64,000 bases of DNA, taken from assembly GCA_964429585.1 (NCBI GenBank), contig CAYSCN010000009.1:3816-67815 (forward strand), read 5' to 3'. Positions 29,223 through 39,294 of this stretch are shown here, piece after piece. Positions within the stretch are counted from its first letter, which is position 1, and each line of letters opens with the position of its first letter. The notes beneath the pieces are model-generated. The model was not told where the DNA came from and searched no databases. It saw only the letters and a program-made list of their open reading frames with translations. A program made the position numbers and the translations under genes. Origin of the DNA: an uncultured bacterium (GTDB lineage: Bacteria > Desulfobacterota > Deferrimicrobia > J040).

Positions 29223-30466
29223 GTCATTATTTTCTCGTCGAGCCTTCCCTTGAGAATTCCCGAAATCACGGCTCTGTGCTGCCAGAGAACTTTCTCCTGT
29301 ATTTTCGTCGGGTCCAAATCTTCTCCAGACAGCTCATCATATGTTGTCGTTTTGGAAAAGAGAACTTCCCCGCTGCGGAATACGACGGTTACCACCTCTT
29401 TCCGGTCGGGACCCAGGTCCTCTGTTTGAACGTGAAGCCTGATTCCCTTGTGATTCACGTCGTCGTTTAGAACCAGGTGAGCTGTTTTCTTCTCCTGAGG
29501 GGGAAGATTCTCGATGAACTCTTCCAACGTCTGAGGCGGTTCAACCCTCTTTGCACGTCCATTCTTCGAAAGCTCCAGTATCTTGCAGGCTGCACGCTCG
29601 ATTTCCTGAACTCCAGCTGCATTCCCATTCAGAATGAAGGGCCTCATTTTCCTCACTGATTCCTCTATTTTCCTCGTGAAGGGGATGTTTCCCAGGTATC
29701 TGAGCTTGAGTCCCAAAAACTGAGCCGATACGGTTTCCAGCGCCTTGAAAACTTTTTCCCCTTCCTTTTCAGAGGCCATGTTTACCACGACGAGATAAGA
29801 AGAGCTGGAGATTTCCTCGAAAATTTCCTCGAATTTTTCCCTGTTCACCTTTTCTATTGCGGATATGAGCTTTTTTGGCTCCATTTCCCGCACCGAGCTA
29901 CTCGATGAATCCGGGAAGAGCTTCGACGCCAGATCTTTTCCTAATCTCCGGATTATCTTCCTGTGCAGGGATAGTTTCAGGAAACCGTACGCGTTCTGAA
30001 TCGCGGTGGGAGTGGGCGCTGTAACGATGACGCCGCATCTGGAGGCGTTGAAAAAGTCGAGATTGTTCAGAGTCGCGCCAGCTCCCACATCTACCACGAC
30101 GATGTCCGCATCGAGGCGGGATATTTCCCTTATCAGTCGTGCTTTTTGCGCGAAATTGGGATTTGCGATGGAAAGCAGGGCAGACGCTCCGCAGAGAAGC
30201 GAAAGGTTTTTCAATCCCGAGGGTATGAGGACTTCGGCAAGCGAATCGACTTCTCGCCTGATGAAATGTTTCAGCGTTTTTCCAGGCAACGTGATGCCGA
30301 AAAAGGTGTGAACGTTTGCTCCACCAAGGTCGGCATCGGCGAGGACCACTTTCGTGCCTTTTTTCGCCAGCGCGCAGGCCGCGTTCACTGCGAAGAGGCT
30401 CTTCCCGACTCCTCCCTTTCCGCCTCCGACCGACACGATTGTGGGACCGTTTCTTTCGCGTTTCAT
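29219..30466 (-). CDS. MinD/FlhG (FleN)-like ATPase with extra C-terminal domain
   Basis: Deviant Walker A GGGKGGVGKS, DADLGGAN, DVGAG, PTPTAIQNAYGF; C-terminal LHVQTEDLG domain. Confidence 0.85.
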   Translation of the reverse strand: MKRERNGPTIVSVGGGKGGVGKSLFAVNAACALAKKGTKVVLADADLGGANVHTFFGITLPGKTLKHFIRREVDSLAEVLIPSGLKNLSLLCGASALLSIANPNFAQKARLIREISRLDADIVVVDVGAGATLNNLDFFNASRCGVIVTAPTPTAIQNAYGFLKLSLHRKIIRRLGKDLASKLFPDSSSSSVREMEPKKLISAIEKVNREKFEEIFEEISSSSYLVVVNMASEKEGEKVFKALETVSAQFLGLKLRYLGNIPFTRKIEESVRKMRPFILNGNAAGVQEIERAACKILELSKNGRAKRVEPPQTLEEFIENLPPQEKKTAHLVLNDDVNHKGIRLHVQTEDLGPDRKEVVTVVFRSGEVLFSKTTTYDELSGEDLDPTKIQEKVLWQHRAVISGILKGRLDEKIMT

Positions 30467-30516
30467 TCCCTCTTCCTCGCCGCTTTTTTATGATATTCGG
30501 CAGATGAACGTGAGAA

Positions 30517-31305
30517 TTAAACTATCAGCCTCTTCCTCAAGGCCACAAGCGCCGCCCAGGTGAGAAAAAAGGAGACCACGACGAGGTAAAGGAGGTTGCG
30601 CAGAAGCGGCGCGGTGAGGTGATCGAGACAGATGTCTCTCGAGAGCTTTGTCAGGTGATAAAGAGGAAGAAATTCCGCGACCATCTTCGCCCAGCCGGGA
30701 AGAGTATCGATGGGGAAGAAGGTATCGCTGAAAAGGAACATGGGGGTGATTATCAGGAAGACCGGAAGGTTGAACGATTCTATAGTCGGCAGTATCCCGG
30801 TGAAGAACATACCCATCGCCCCGAAAAGCATTCCCCCTATGAAGGAGAGAGGTATCATCAAAAGTGCCGAAGGAAACTCGAGCAGACCGAACAGTGATAT
30901 GACCATCCCCATGAGAATGGTTCCGAGCATCGCCTTGGTGGTGCCCCAGAGGATCTCCCCGATTATGATTTCGTCTAGTGACAGAGGCGTGGCGAGCATC
31001 GCGTCGTAAGTTTTCAGGTAGTGCATTCTCACGAAAGAGGCGTAGGTGTTTTCGAAGAACGAGTGGTACATGATGTTGATTGCTATGAGCGAAGGGGCGA
31101 TGTAGGTTACGTAGGATATGTTTTCCCCCTTGTAGGGTATCTCGTGTACCAGCGCACCCAGACCCACTCCGAACGCGAGCAGGTAGAAAATCGGTTCGAG
31201 CACCGGCAGTAGAAAGTCCATGAACCACGTGCGTCGGTAGACGGTGAAGTTTCTGAACCAGACTTTGGTGAAACGGAGAGTTATGTCCGGGCACTTGAAA
31301 ATCAT
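30517..31305 (-). CDS. ABC-2 type permease, NodJ-like
   Basis: EPIFYLLAFGVGLG, YIAPSL, ITPMFLFSDTFFP, LPLYH. Confidence 0.88.
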   Translation of the reverse strand: MIFKCPDITLRFTKVWFRNFTVYRRTWFMDFLLPVLEPIFYLLAFGVGLGALVHEIPYKGENISYVTYIAPSLIAINIMYHSFFENTYASFVRMHYLKTYDAMLATPLSLDEIIIGEILWGTTKAMLGTILMGMVISLFGLLEFPSALLMIPLSFIGGMLFGAMGMFFTGILPTIESFNLPVFLIITPMFLFSDTFFPIDTLPGWAKMVAEFLPLYHLTKLSRDICLDHLTAPLLRNLLYLVVVSFFLTWAALVALRKRLIV

Positions 31306-32240
31306 TCCCTGAGGTTCCTCCCAGTGAGTTTCAGGAACACGTCTTCCAGGTTCCCCATCCTCAGAGCCACGTTCGTTCCAGGAAATCTCGTTGTGAGAGT
31401 CAGAAAGAGCCTCTCCGAGTCCTGGTTGTATATGAGGGCTCTCCGCCCGACTACTTCGAAGGATATGCCCATTTCGGACAGATAGCTCCGGATGTCTGCG
31501 TCTACTCCGTGTATTTCTATCACGAACCTCCCCGCCTCCTCTTCGACGAGCTTTTTCGGGTTGCCCTCGAGTATTTTCGTCCCGTTGTCCACGATTATTA
31601 TCCTGTCGCAGAGGTGGGCCGCTTCTTCCATGTAATGCGTGGTGAGTAGAATGGTCTTCCCGGAGCTCTTGAGTTCTTCGAGTCTCTCCCAGATCTTGTG
31701 CCTAGATTGAGGATCGAGACCGGTCGTGGGTTCGTCGAGAATCAGAAGTTCCGGATTGTTCACCAGCGATCGAGCGAGGGTGAGTCTTCTCTTCATCCCC
31801 CCAGAGAGGCGAACAACCTTCTCATGCCTTTTTTCGGTCAGTTCCATGAATTGGAGAAGCTCTTCCGTTTTTTCCCTCGCTTCCTTTCCTTTTATGTCGA
31901 AATATAAAGCATATATCCTCAGGTTCTCCTCAACGGTCAGGTCGGGGTCGAGATTGTCCTCCTGGGCGCAGACACCGAGGTGATACTTGGCTGTTCTGAC
32001 CTGATCGGGGATGCTGAATCCGAGCACCTCCAGCCTTCCACTCGTTTTGGGAACCACACCGTATATCATTTTTATCGTCGTGGTTTTGCCGGCTCCGTTG
32101 GGTCCAAGGATTCCGAAGCACTCTCCCCTGTAGACCTCGAATGAGAGGTCCCTGACAGCAACGGTTTTTCCGTAGGTTTTTTCGAGCGATTCGGCTCTGA
32201 TTACGATTTCTGTTCTTTTGAGCGGGTCTGAGTCCTGCAT
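31302..32240 (-). CDS. ABC transporter ATP-binding protein, NodI-like
   Basis: GPNGAGKTT, QEDNLDPDLTV, LSGGMKRR, LDEPTTGLDPQSRH. Confidence 0.9.
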   Translation of the reverse strand: MQDSDPLKRTEIVIRAESLEKTYGKTVAVRDLSFEVYRGECFGILGPNGAGKTTTIKMIYGVVPKTSGRLEVLGFSIPDQVRTAKYHLGVCAQEDNLDPDLTVEENLRIYALYFDIKGKEAREKTEELLQFMELTEKRHEKVVRLSGGMKRRLTLARSLVNNPELLILDEPTTGLDPQSRHKIWERLEELKSSGKTILLTTHYMEEAAHLCDRIIIVDNGTKILEGNPKKLVEEEAGRFVIEIHGVDADIRSYLSEMGISFEVVGRRALIYNQDSERLFLTLTTRFPGTNVALRMGNLEDVFLKLTGRNLRE

Positions 32241-32252
32241 TACGACTCCGGT

Positions 32253-32711
32253 TCAACGCTTTCTTTTTTCCCTGAAGAAATCCTGAATCATAGACCTGCA
32301 CCTATCTTCGAGCACCCCATATTTTACTTCGACTCTGTGGTTCAGGTTCCCGTCGGTTCCTATTTTGTAAACGCTCAGCATTCCACCGCCCTTTTCATCC
32401 TTTGCCCCGAAGATCACCCTGGATATCCTGGCGTGAACTATCGCTCCTGCGCACATGGGGCAGGGTTCTATGGTGACGTAAAGAGCGTGTCCCGGCAACC
32501 TGTAGTTACCCGTCTTTTTCGACGCTTCTCGCAGCGCTTCCAGCTCCGCGTGAGCGGTCGGGTCTCTGTCTGTGATGGGAGAGTTGTGACCTCTGCCGAC
32601 GATTTTTCCGCCCGGGTCGACGACCACGCACCCGATAGGCACTTCTCCTTTGTCGAGGGCTTTGAGAGCTTCGACTATTGCTTCTTCCATGAATTTTTCG
32701 TCTTTTGCCAC
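32253..32711 (-). CDS. tadA: tRNA adenosine(34) deaminase
   Basis: GEVPIG, DPTAHAE, TIEPCPMCAGA. Confidence 0.93.
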   Translation of the reverse strand: MAKDEKFMEEAIVEALKALDKGEVPIGCVVVDPGGKIVGRGHNSPITDRDPTAHAELEALREASKKTGNYRLPGHALYVTIEPCPMCAGAIVHARISRVIFGAKDEKGGGMLSVYKIGTDGNLNHRVEVKYGVLEDRCRSMIQDFFREKRKR

Positions 32712-32820
32712 TTCTTGATTATTCTCCTTCGATGGAATATAAATAATTGGATACGTTTATGAATTTATCACACGAGGTTCAACCCTTCTACAGGGCTTGA
32801 CCCGGGAGGCGCATTTAATC

Positions 32821-33594
32821 ATGTTGCAGATTTCGGTGATTTTCCCATCATTTTTCCTTTTTTCGGGTCTCGTGAACAACCGGCTCCTTAAGCATGTGGC
32901 AGGTTCAGGACCCGTGGTGAAGTCTGTGCTTTTGATTCTACTCATTTTTTCGGTGGTTTCGTGGGCGATTGTCTTCCTCAAATACAGGACTTACCGCGGC
33001 ATCGAGAAGAAAAACAGGGAATTCATGGACCTGTTCTACGAGGGGAGACAGCTGTCTCACCTGCTGGATTACGCCGAGAGAAGCTCCGGTGACGTTCCTG
33101 TGATCAAGGTTTTCAAGGCGGGTTACACGGAACTTGTGAGATTCAGAAAGGCGGCGAGGCGGGATTCGGAAGTGGTGAGTCTCTCCGAGGGAGGGACAGG
33201 ATTCAAGGTGGTGAGCACTCTCGACCCGGTCGACGGGATATCGAGAGCCATGCAGAAGACGATAAACGAGGTTCAGTCCGACATGGAGTCGTATCTTCCC
33301 TTCCTCGCTACCTGCGGTTCGACCACACCATTCATAGGGCTGTTTGGGACCGTGTGGGGGATCATGAACGCTTTCGCCGGCATAGGCGTCACGGGGTCGG
33401 CGAGTCTCGCGACCGTGGCTCCAGGAATCGCCGAGGCCCTCGTCGCGACTGCAGCGGGTCTCGCGGCTGCTATCCCAGCGGTCATTTTCTACAATTATTT
33501 CCTCAACCGGGTCAGGAGGATAGTCGTCGAGATGGAATCTTTTTCCAGCGATTTTCTCAATTTCATCGAGAGAAACCTCGAGAGGATGTCCTGA
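32821..33594 (+). CDS. tolQ: Tol-Pal system protein TolQ
   Basis: LATCGSTTPFIGLFGTVWGIM, VAPGIAEALVATAAGL; operon context. Confidence 0.93.
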   Translation: MLQISVIFPSFFLFSGLVNNRLLKHVAGSGPVVKSVLLILLIFSVVSWAIVFLKYRTYRGIEKKNREFMDLFYEGRQLSHLLDYAERSSGDVPVIKVFKAGYTELVRFRKAARRDSEVVSLSEGGTGFKVVSTLDPVDGISRAMQKTINEVQSDMESYLPFLATCGSTTPFIGLFGTVWGIMNAFAGIGVTGSASLATVAPGIAEALVATAAGLAAAIPAVIFYNYFLNRVRRIVVEMESFSSDFLNFIERNLERMS

Positions 33595-34007
33595 TGGCTA
33601 TTTCGGGCAACGGCAACGGCAGAAGGCCCATGGCGGAGATAAACGTCACGCCTCTTGTGGACGTGATGCTCGTTCTGCTCATAATCTTCATGGTGGCCGC
33701 ACCCATGCTCCAGCAGGGTGTGGACGTCAACCTTCCCCAGGCTGCGGCCAAGGCGATAGAAACGAAGGCGGAGAGAGTGGTGGTAACCGTAGACCGGTCG
33801 GGCCGGATTTTCATCGGCAAGCAGCCGGTGAAACTCAACCAGCTGAGGAGGAAGCTGAAGGCGATATTCAAAAACCGCAGGGACAGAGAAGTATATTTCA
33901 GGGCGGACAGAGGCGTTTCATACGGCCTGGCGGTGAAGGTGATAGCCGAGATCAAAAACGCGGGCATAGAGAAGCTGGGGATGGTCACGGAACCCCTCGA
34001 AAGGTAG
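33594..34007 (+). CDS. tolR: Tol-Pal system protein TolR
   Basis: EINVTPLVDVMLVLLIIFMV; start at ATG 33594. Confidence 0.93.
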   Translation: MAISGNGNGRRPMAEINVTPLVDVMLVLLIIFMVAAPMLQQGVDVNLPQAAAKAIETKAERVVVTVDRSGRIFIGKQPVKLNQLRRKLKAIFKNRRDREVYFRADRGVSYGLAVKVIAEIKNAGIEKLGMVTEPLER

Positions 34008-34015
34008 CCCCGCAG

Positions 34016-34897
34016 GTGAGCTTTGTGTTCGGAGTGGGTTTGAGCAAAGACTTCAAAAAGATGCTCGCCCTTTCTCTTCTTTTTCACCTGATACTGATTC
34101 TTCCTCTGTTTCTGGCATCCTTGAAGAGCAGGACGATGATAATCTACTCTCCCGTTTATACAGTTGATCTCGTGTCTCCCAGAAAGTTGAGCCGCGCGGT
34201 GCGAGCCCGGGGTAAGGGCGGTGTGGTCGCCCGTTCGAAGAAAAAGAGAACGGGGATCGTCTCCAGGCGCAGGAAGACAGAGGCGTTGAGGAAGAAAAAA
34301 ATGAAGGAAGAGAGAGAGGCGATGGCTCTTCTGTCCCAGAAGCTTGCCCTTTTGAGGGAGAGGAAGAAGCTTTCCGAGAGAATTTCGGAGCTGGAGAAAA
34401 AAAGGGAGAAGCGGAAGGAAGCCGAGGAGGCTCTCGCGCAAATCGAGAGGAAGCTAAAGGAGCTGGAGAAGAGGCTGGAGAAAGAGACTGCTGAAGAAAC
34501 TGAACCGGGGGAGGAGATTTCCCGGCCGGAAAGGCTGGCGAGGCAGCCTCTGGCAAGAAGAGGTGTGACCCCTCAGACCCTCTCCATTGCGCCTGAGATC
34601 AAAGCTTACCTGAACCTTCTCGACGAGAAGGTGAGGGAGGCATGGGTGGTTCCGAGGGCCCTTGTGGACAACAGAGAAGACCTGATGGTTCAGGTGAGGA
34701 TAATAATAGAAACCAACGGGGATGTGTCGTCGATAATCCTGGAGCGCCCTTCTGGAAACAGGCTTTTCGACGACTCGGTGCTCAGGGCGATACAGAAGGC
34801 CTCTCCTCTTCCCGTTCCGCCGGAGATCCTGAGGGAGGGAAGGGATTACTACGAGGTAGGGTTCCGATTTCACTACTTCCGCGGAGAGTCGAAATGA
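34016..34897 (+). CDS. tolA: TolA/TonB family protein
   Basis: N-terminal TM with S..H motif, charged coiled coil, C-terminal SGNRLFDDSVLRAI..ASPLP. Confidence 0.85.
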   Translation: MSFVFGVGLSKDFKKMLALSLLFHLILILPLFLASLKSRTMIIYSPVYTVDLVSPRKLSRAVRARGKGGVVARSKKKRTGIVSRRRKTEALRKKKMKEEREAMALLSQKLALLRERKKLSERISELEKKREKRKEAEEALAQIERKLKELEKRLEKETAEETEPGEEISRPERLARQPLARRGVTPQTLSIAPEIKAYLNLLDEKVREAWVVPRALVDNREDLMVQVRIIIETNGDVSSIILERPSGNRLFDDSVLRAIQKASPLPVPPEILREGRDYYEVGFRFHYFRGESK

Positions 34898-36192
34898 GGA
34901 AACTGGTCGCTTTTTTCGTGGTGTTGTCGATCTTTTTCTTTCCCGGTGCTTCTCGAGGGATCATATACATAGATATCAACTCGCCGGGCGGGATCAAGAT
35001 ACCGGTGGCGATACCGTATCTTTTCCCCGAGAATCAGGAGGCACGGGGTGTTTCTAAAAAAATAGCCGAGGTTCTGGGTGAGGACCTCGAGACCTCTTCC
35101 ATATTCAACGTGATCGACAGGGATGCTTATCTGCAGGAGATAAATTCTACAGCTTTTGCCCCGGGTGGAATTTCTTTCTCTGACTGGAGAATGATCGGAG
35201 CCGATTCCCTGGTGGTGGGAAAGGTCAGGATGGAAGGAAAGAAACTCGTCGTTGAGCTCAGGCTCTACGACGTGGCGGTGGGAAAGCTTCTAGTTGGAAA
35301 GATTTACAGAGGCCCGGCGAAGCGCTTCGACATGATAGCGCACAAATTCGCTAACGAGATTTTGTATCAATACACCGGCAGCTACGGGGTTTTCGACACG
35401 GAGATTGCCTTCTCCGCCAAAAAAGGAAAGGGGAAGGAAATATTCATAATCGACCTGGCGGGCAAAAGGCTCAAACAGGTGACCTCGAACGGGTCGATAA
35501 ACATGTTCCCCCGCTGGTCGCCCGATGGCTACAAACTCGCATATCTTTCGTACAAAAGAGGAAAACCCTTCATATTCGTTCGCAACTTCCTGACCGGTGA
35601 AGACAGGTTGCTTTTGAGGACCGGTGGATTCAAATCTCCCGGCTGTTTTTCGCCGACAGGAGATTCTCTGTTCATCACTCTGGCGAAATCGGGCAACGTG
35701 GACATATATCAGTTCTTCTTGCGGAAGAGAAAACTGAAGAAAGTGGTTTCGGGTTACGGGATAGAGGTTTCTCCATCGGTGTCCCCGGACGGCAAGAAAA
35801 TAGCTTTCGTCTCCGACAGGTCCGGTTTTCCCCAGATATACGTGAAGGAGATAGGGGGTGGCAGGGCTAAAAGAATCTCGTTTGCGGGCTATTACAGCAC
35901 CTCTCCGTCCTGGTCTCCGAGGGGGGACTGGATTGCGTACACCTCCATGTCCGAAGGAAAGTTCTCGATTTATCTGGTCAAACCAGACGGTTCGGACCAG
36001 AGGTTGCTCGTTTCTGGTGACGGCAGCTGCGAGGACCCGTCCTTCTCTCCCGATGGGAGATACGTGGTTTACATTTTCAGAAAAAAAGGATATTCTGAAT
36101 TGCGAATAACCAGCGTCACGGGGTTCGGAGACAGGCTTCTATACAGAGGTTTGAAGGACATAGGGTCGCCGTCCTGGTCTCCGAGGAGATAA
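34894..36192 (+). CDS. tolB: Tol-Pal beta-propeller protein TolB
   Basis: Signal peptide, TolB_N domain, repeated P.WSPDG units. Confidence 0.92.
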   Translation: MRKLVAFFVVLSIFFFPGASRGIIYIDINSPGGIKIPVAIPYLFPENQEARGVSKKIAEVLGEDLETSSIFNVIDRDAYLQEINSTAFAPGGISFSDWRMIGADSLVVGKVRMEGKKLVVELRLYDVAVGKLLVGKIYRGPAKRFDMIAHKFANEILYQYTGSYGVFDTEIAFSAKKGKGKEIFIIDLAGKRLKQVTSNGSINMFPRWSPDGYKLAYLSYKRGKPFIFVRNFLTGEDRLLLRTGGFKSPGCFSPTGDSLFITLAKSGNVDIYQFFLRKRKLKKVVSGYGIEVSPSVSPDGKKIAFVSDRSGFPQIYVKEIGGGRAKRISFAGYYSTSPSWSPRGDWIAYTSMSEGKFSIYLVKPDGSDQRLLVSGDGSCEDPSFSPDGRYVVYIFRKKGYSELRITSVTGFGDRLLYRGLKDIGSPSWSPRR

Positions 36193-36372
36193 CGACCCGA
36201 AAATCCTATGGGGCATATGCTGAAAAGAGAAGCGGTAATCTTTTTTCCACTTATATTCAACACATTTGCGGGCTGTTCCTCCGTGAAGAGCGTCGTGGAA
36301 AAATCCTCTTCGGGGAAGGCATTGATAGAGGCGCCGGTAGAGGGAATTTAGAAATTCAGAGGAGGTGGTCAA

Positions 36373-36960
36373 ATGAGGAGGGCGCGAAATCTCCTGACGT
36401 TGATTGTCGTGGTCGTATTCATGGGGACTCTTGTAGCCTCATGCGCCAAAAGGTCTACCACCAAGGGTGAAGCCGAGAAGGTGGAAAAACCTCAGGTCGT
36501 CACAACCGGACCCGAGATAAAGGGAGAAAAGGTCGAAGAAATCAAGGAAGAGGTGATAAAACCCGAGAAGGTGGAGGTGGCGAAGGGCGAGAAGGAGGCT
36601 GGTGAAAAGGCGGTTGCCCAAGAGGAAGTCACCTTCGAGGACATACATTTCGATTTCGACAAATATTTCATAAGAGATGACGCCAAGCCGATTCTCGAAA
36701 AGCTTGCCGAATATCTTCTCAAGAACCCTTCCGTGAGATTGCTGATAGAAGGGCATTGTGACGAGAGGGGAACCAATGAATACAACATGGCCCTGGGAGA
36801 GAAAAGAGCCCAGGCGGCGAAGGATTATCTTGTGAACCTGGGAGTTTCCCCCAGCAGGATAGACACGATAAGCTACGGTGAGGAGCGTCCTCTCGACCCG
36901 AGGCACAATGAGGAGGCGTGGGCGAAAAACAGAAGAGACCACTTCGTCATACTCAAGTAA
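36373..36960 (+). CDS. pal: Peptidoglycan-associated lipoprotein
   Basis: VASC lipobox; IHFDFDK, IEGHCDERGTNEYNMALGE, SYGEERP, AWAKNRR. Confidence 0.95.
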   Translation: MRRARNLLTLIVVVVFMGTLVASCAKRSTTKGEAEKVEKPQVVTTGPEIKGEKVEEIKEEVIKPEKVEVAKGEKEAGEKAVAQEEVTFEDIHFDFDKYFIRDDAKPILEKLAEYLLKNPSVRLLIEGHCDERGTNEYNMALGEKRAQAAKDYLVNLGVSPSRIDTISYGEERPLDPRHNEEAWAKNRRDHFVILK

Positions 36961-36965
36961 CGAGG

Positions 36966-37934
36966 ATGCAGATGACGCGCTTCCTCAGGGATTTATTACT
37001 CTTTTCAATCCTCGCATCGTTTGTCACCGGGTGCGCTTATGTCAGCCCGGAGGTGATATATCGTCTTCAGGACGACGTGCGTGAACTGAGGAAGGAAGTT
37101 GCTTACCTGAAGGCGGAGAGGGAAAAGGAAAAGCGTTTCTTCGAGGAGGCCGTGAGTCAATCTTCAGGGGTGGCGAGCGCTTCCGAACTGGAGATAAGGA
37201 AGCAAATAGCTTCGATGAAGGCGGACATAGAGGCTTTGAGAGGTGAGATAAGCGCTTTTCAGGGTTTCATCGATGAGACCAAGTATCAGTTCAAGCAGGA
37301 TCAGATGGCCATCGGGGAGCGCCTCGGAGAGGACGAGAAGAAAATACTGGAGCTGGAAGCGAAACTCGAGAGACTCGCTGAGCTCGAGCAGAGGCTGAAG
37401 TCGCTCGAGGAAAGACTCAGTCGGATATCCGCTGGACCGTCACCAGCTCCTGCTAGAGAATTGCCGGAAAAACCCGCTGTCCCCAAAGGGGAAAGTGTCT
37501 TTACGACGGAAAAGGAGGTTACTCCCTCTTACAGGGGCACCTTCGATACCCCGGAGGACTTATATCATTACGCGCTCGGCCTGATAAAAGAAGGTAAATT
37601 CAGGGAAGCGAGGAGAGCCCTCGACGAATTCGCCAGCTCCTACAAAGACCACAGACTTATGCCGAACGTTTATTACTGGAGGGGAGAGACCTTCTACGCG
37701 GAGAAGGACTTCGAGTCTGCGGCGATAACGTTCCAGGAGGTAATAGACAAGTATCCCAACTCCGTGAAGGCTCCAGACGCTCTCTTCAAACAGGGCTTAT
37801 GCTTCCTCAATCTGAAGGACCCGGTGAGCGCGAAGGCTGCGTTCAAGCTCGTCATCTCCAGATACCCCGCTTCTGATGCGGCCAAGAAGGCAGAGTTGAA
37901 ACTGAGGGAAATGGAGGGCAAAGGCGGCAGATGA
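36966..37934 (+). CDS. cpoB: Cell division coordinator CpoB (YbgF)
   Basis: VTGC lipobox, coiled coil, C-terminal TPR (YYWRGE, YPNSVKAPDALFK); follows pal. Confidence 0.85.
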   Translation: MQMTRFLRDLLLFSILASFVTGCAYVSPEVIYRLQDDVRELRKEVAYLKAEREKEKRFFEEAVSQSSGVASASELEIRKQIASMKADIEALRGEISAFQGFIDETKYQFKQDQMAIGERLGEDEKKILELEAKLERLAELEQRLKSLEERLSRISAGPSPAPARELPEKPAVPKGESVFTTEKEVTPSYRGTFDTPEDLYHYALGLIKEGKFREARRALDEFASSYKDHRLMPNVYYWRGETFYAEKDFESAAITFQEVIDKYPNSVKAPDALFKQGLCFLNLKDPVSAKAAFKLVISRYPASDAAKKAELKLREMEGKGGR

Positions 37935-39250
37935 AAAACTTCGTGCTCGACACCAACGTTCTGCTTCACGATCCTTATTCCATTTACAAGTTCGAAGACA
38001 ACAACCTGATAATCCCGATAACGGTAATCGAGGAGCTCGACAAGTTCAAGAAAGAGCTTAGCATGGTGGGCAGAAATGCCAGGGTGGCGCTTCGGCTTCT
38101 CGATTCTTTCCGGCAGAAGGGAAGTCTCTCCGAAGGAGTGAAGATATCTGCCAACGGGGGAACGCTCAAGGTTATATTCGACGGCGAGGGAGAGCGACTT
38201 TTGCCAAAAGAGCTCAGGGGGAGCAAGGAGGACAACGAAATCCTCGCGGTGGCTCTGGGCGTCAAGGCGAGAGACGGCGATTCTCCGGTGATACTCGTTT
38301 CCAAGGATACCAATCTCAGGATAAAGGCGGATGCTCTTGGGATAAGGGCAGAAGATTACGAGAGCGACAGGGTGGGAAGCATAGAGGAGCTCTACTCTGG
38401 ATACGCAGAGGTTGACGTTACAAAAGACGTAATAGACGGATTCTACCGGGAAGGTTCCGTTTCGCTCGGAAATCAGGAATTCCTGCCGAACCAGTGCGTG
38501 ATGTTGAAGGATATACAGACGGGGGCTTCCGCGCTTGGGATGTTCAGGGCGAAAACCGGTCTGGTTGAGCTCATTCCTTCGTTCAAGGAAGGCGTGTGGG
38601 GAGTGAAACCCAGGAACAAGGAACAGCACTTCGCGTTTGCCCTGCTGATGGATGATTCGATAAAGCTGGTGACTCTGGCAGGAAAAGCGGGAACGGGGAA
38701 GACCCTTCTGGCTCTGGCTGCAGGTTTGAGAAAGGTTTCAGATGAGGGAGTCTACGGAAGGCTGCTCGTGTCCAGGCCTGTTTTTCCCATGGGCAAGGAC
38801 ATAGGATTCCTCCCCGGTGATGTGGAGGAGAAGCTGAAACCGTGGATGCAGCCCATCTTTGACAATGTGGAGTATCTATTCGGGATAGAGAGGGCGAGGA
38901 AGAGACAGGGAATCAGAGGATATTCCGAATTGATGAATCTGGGGATTCTGGAGATCGAACCGCTCACTTATATAAGAGGGAGGTCGATCCCGAATCAGTT
39001 CATAATCATAGACGAGGCGCAGAACCTGACTCCACACGAGGTGAAGACGATTCTCACGAGAGCCGGTGAAAACACCAAGGTGGTCTTGACCGGCGACCCG
39101 TATCAAATAGACAACCCGTTCATCGATTCCACGAGTAACGGGCTTTCCTACGTCATAGAAAAGTTCAAGAAGGAAGGCCTGTCGGGGCACATAATGCTGC
39201 TGAAAGGTGAACGCTCCGAGCTGGCGGAACTCGCAGCCAACATTCTCTGA
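37931..39250 (+). CDS. PhoH family ATPase with N-terminal PIN domain (PhoH2/YlaK-like)
   Basis: FVLDTNVLLHDP (PIN); GKAGTGKT, IGFLPG, YIRGRS, IIDEAQN. Confidence 0.92.
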   Translation: MKNFVLDTNVLLHDPYSIYKFEDNNLIIPITVIEELDKFKKELSMVGRNARVALRLLDSFRQKGSLSEGVKISANGGTLKVIFDGEGERLLPKELRGSKEDNEILAVALGVKARDGDSPVILVSKDTNLRIKADALGIRAEDYESDRVGSIEELYSGYAEVDVTKDVIDGFYREGSVSLGNQEFLPNQCVMLKDIQTGASALGMFRAKTGLVELIPSFKEGVWGVKPRNKEQHFAFALLMDDSIKLVTLAGKAGTGKTLLALAAGLRKVSDEGVYGRLLVSRPVFPMGKDIGFLPGDVEEKLKPWMQPIFDNVEYLFGIERARKRQGIRGYSELMNLGILEIEPLTYIRGRSIPNQFIIIDEAQNLTPHEVKTILTRAGENTKVVLTGDPYQIDNPFIDSTSNGLSYVIEKFKKEGLSGHIMLLKGERSELAELAANIL

Positions 39251-39294
39251 GTTTAGGGTTTCGTGCTTCTAGTTTTCAGTGTAGAGGTGATCGT

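Noticed and set aside
30517-32240. Nodulation (Nod factor) export system
   Set aside because: NodI/NodJ-like ABC-2 exporters are widespread, and no nodABC genes are present
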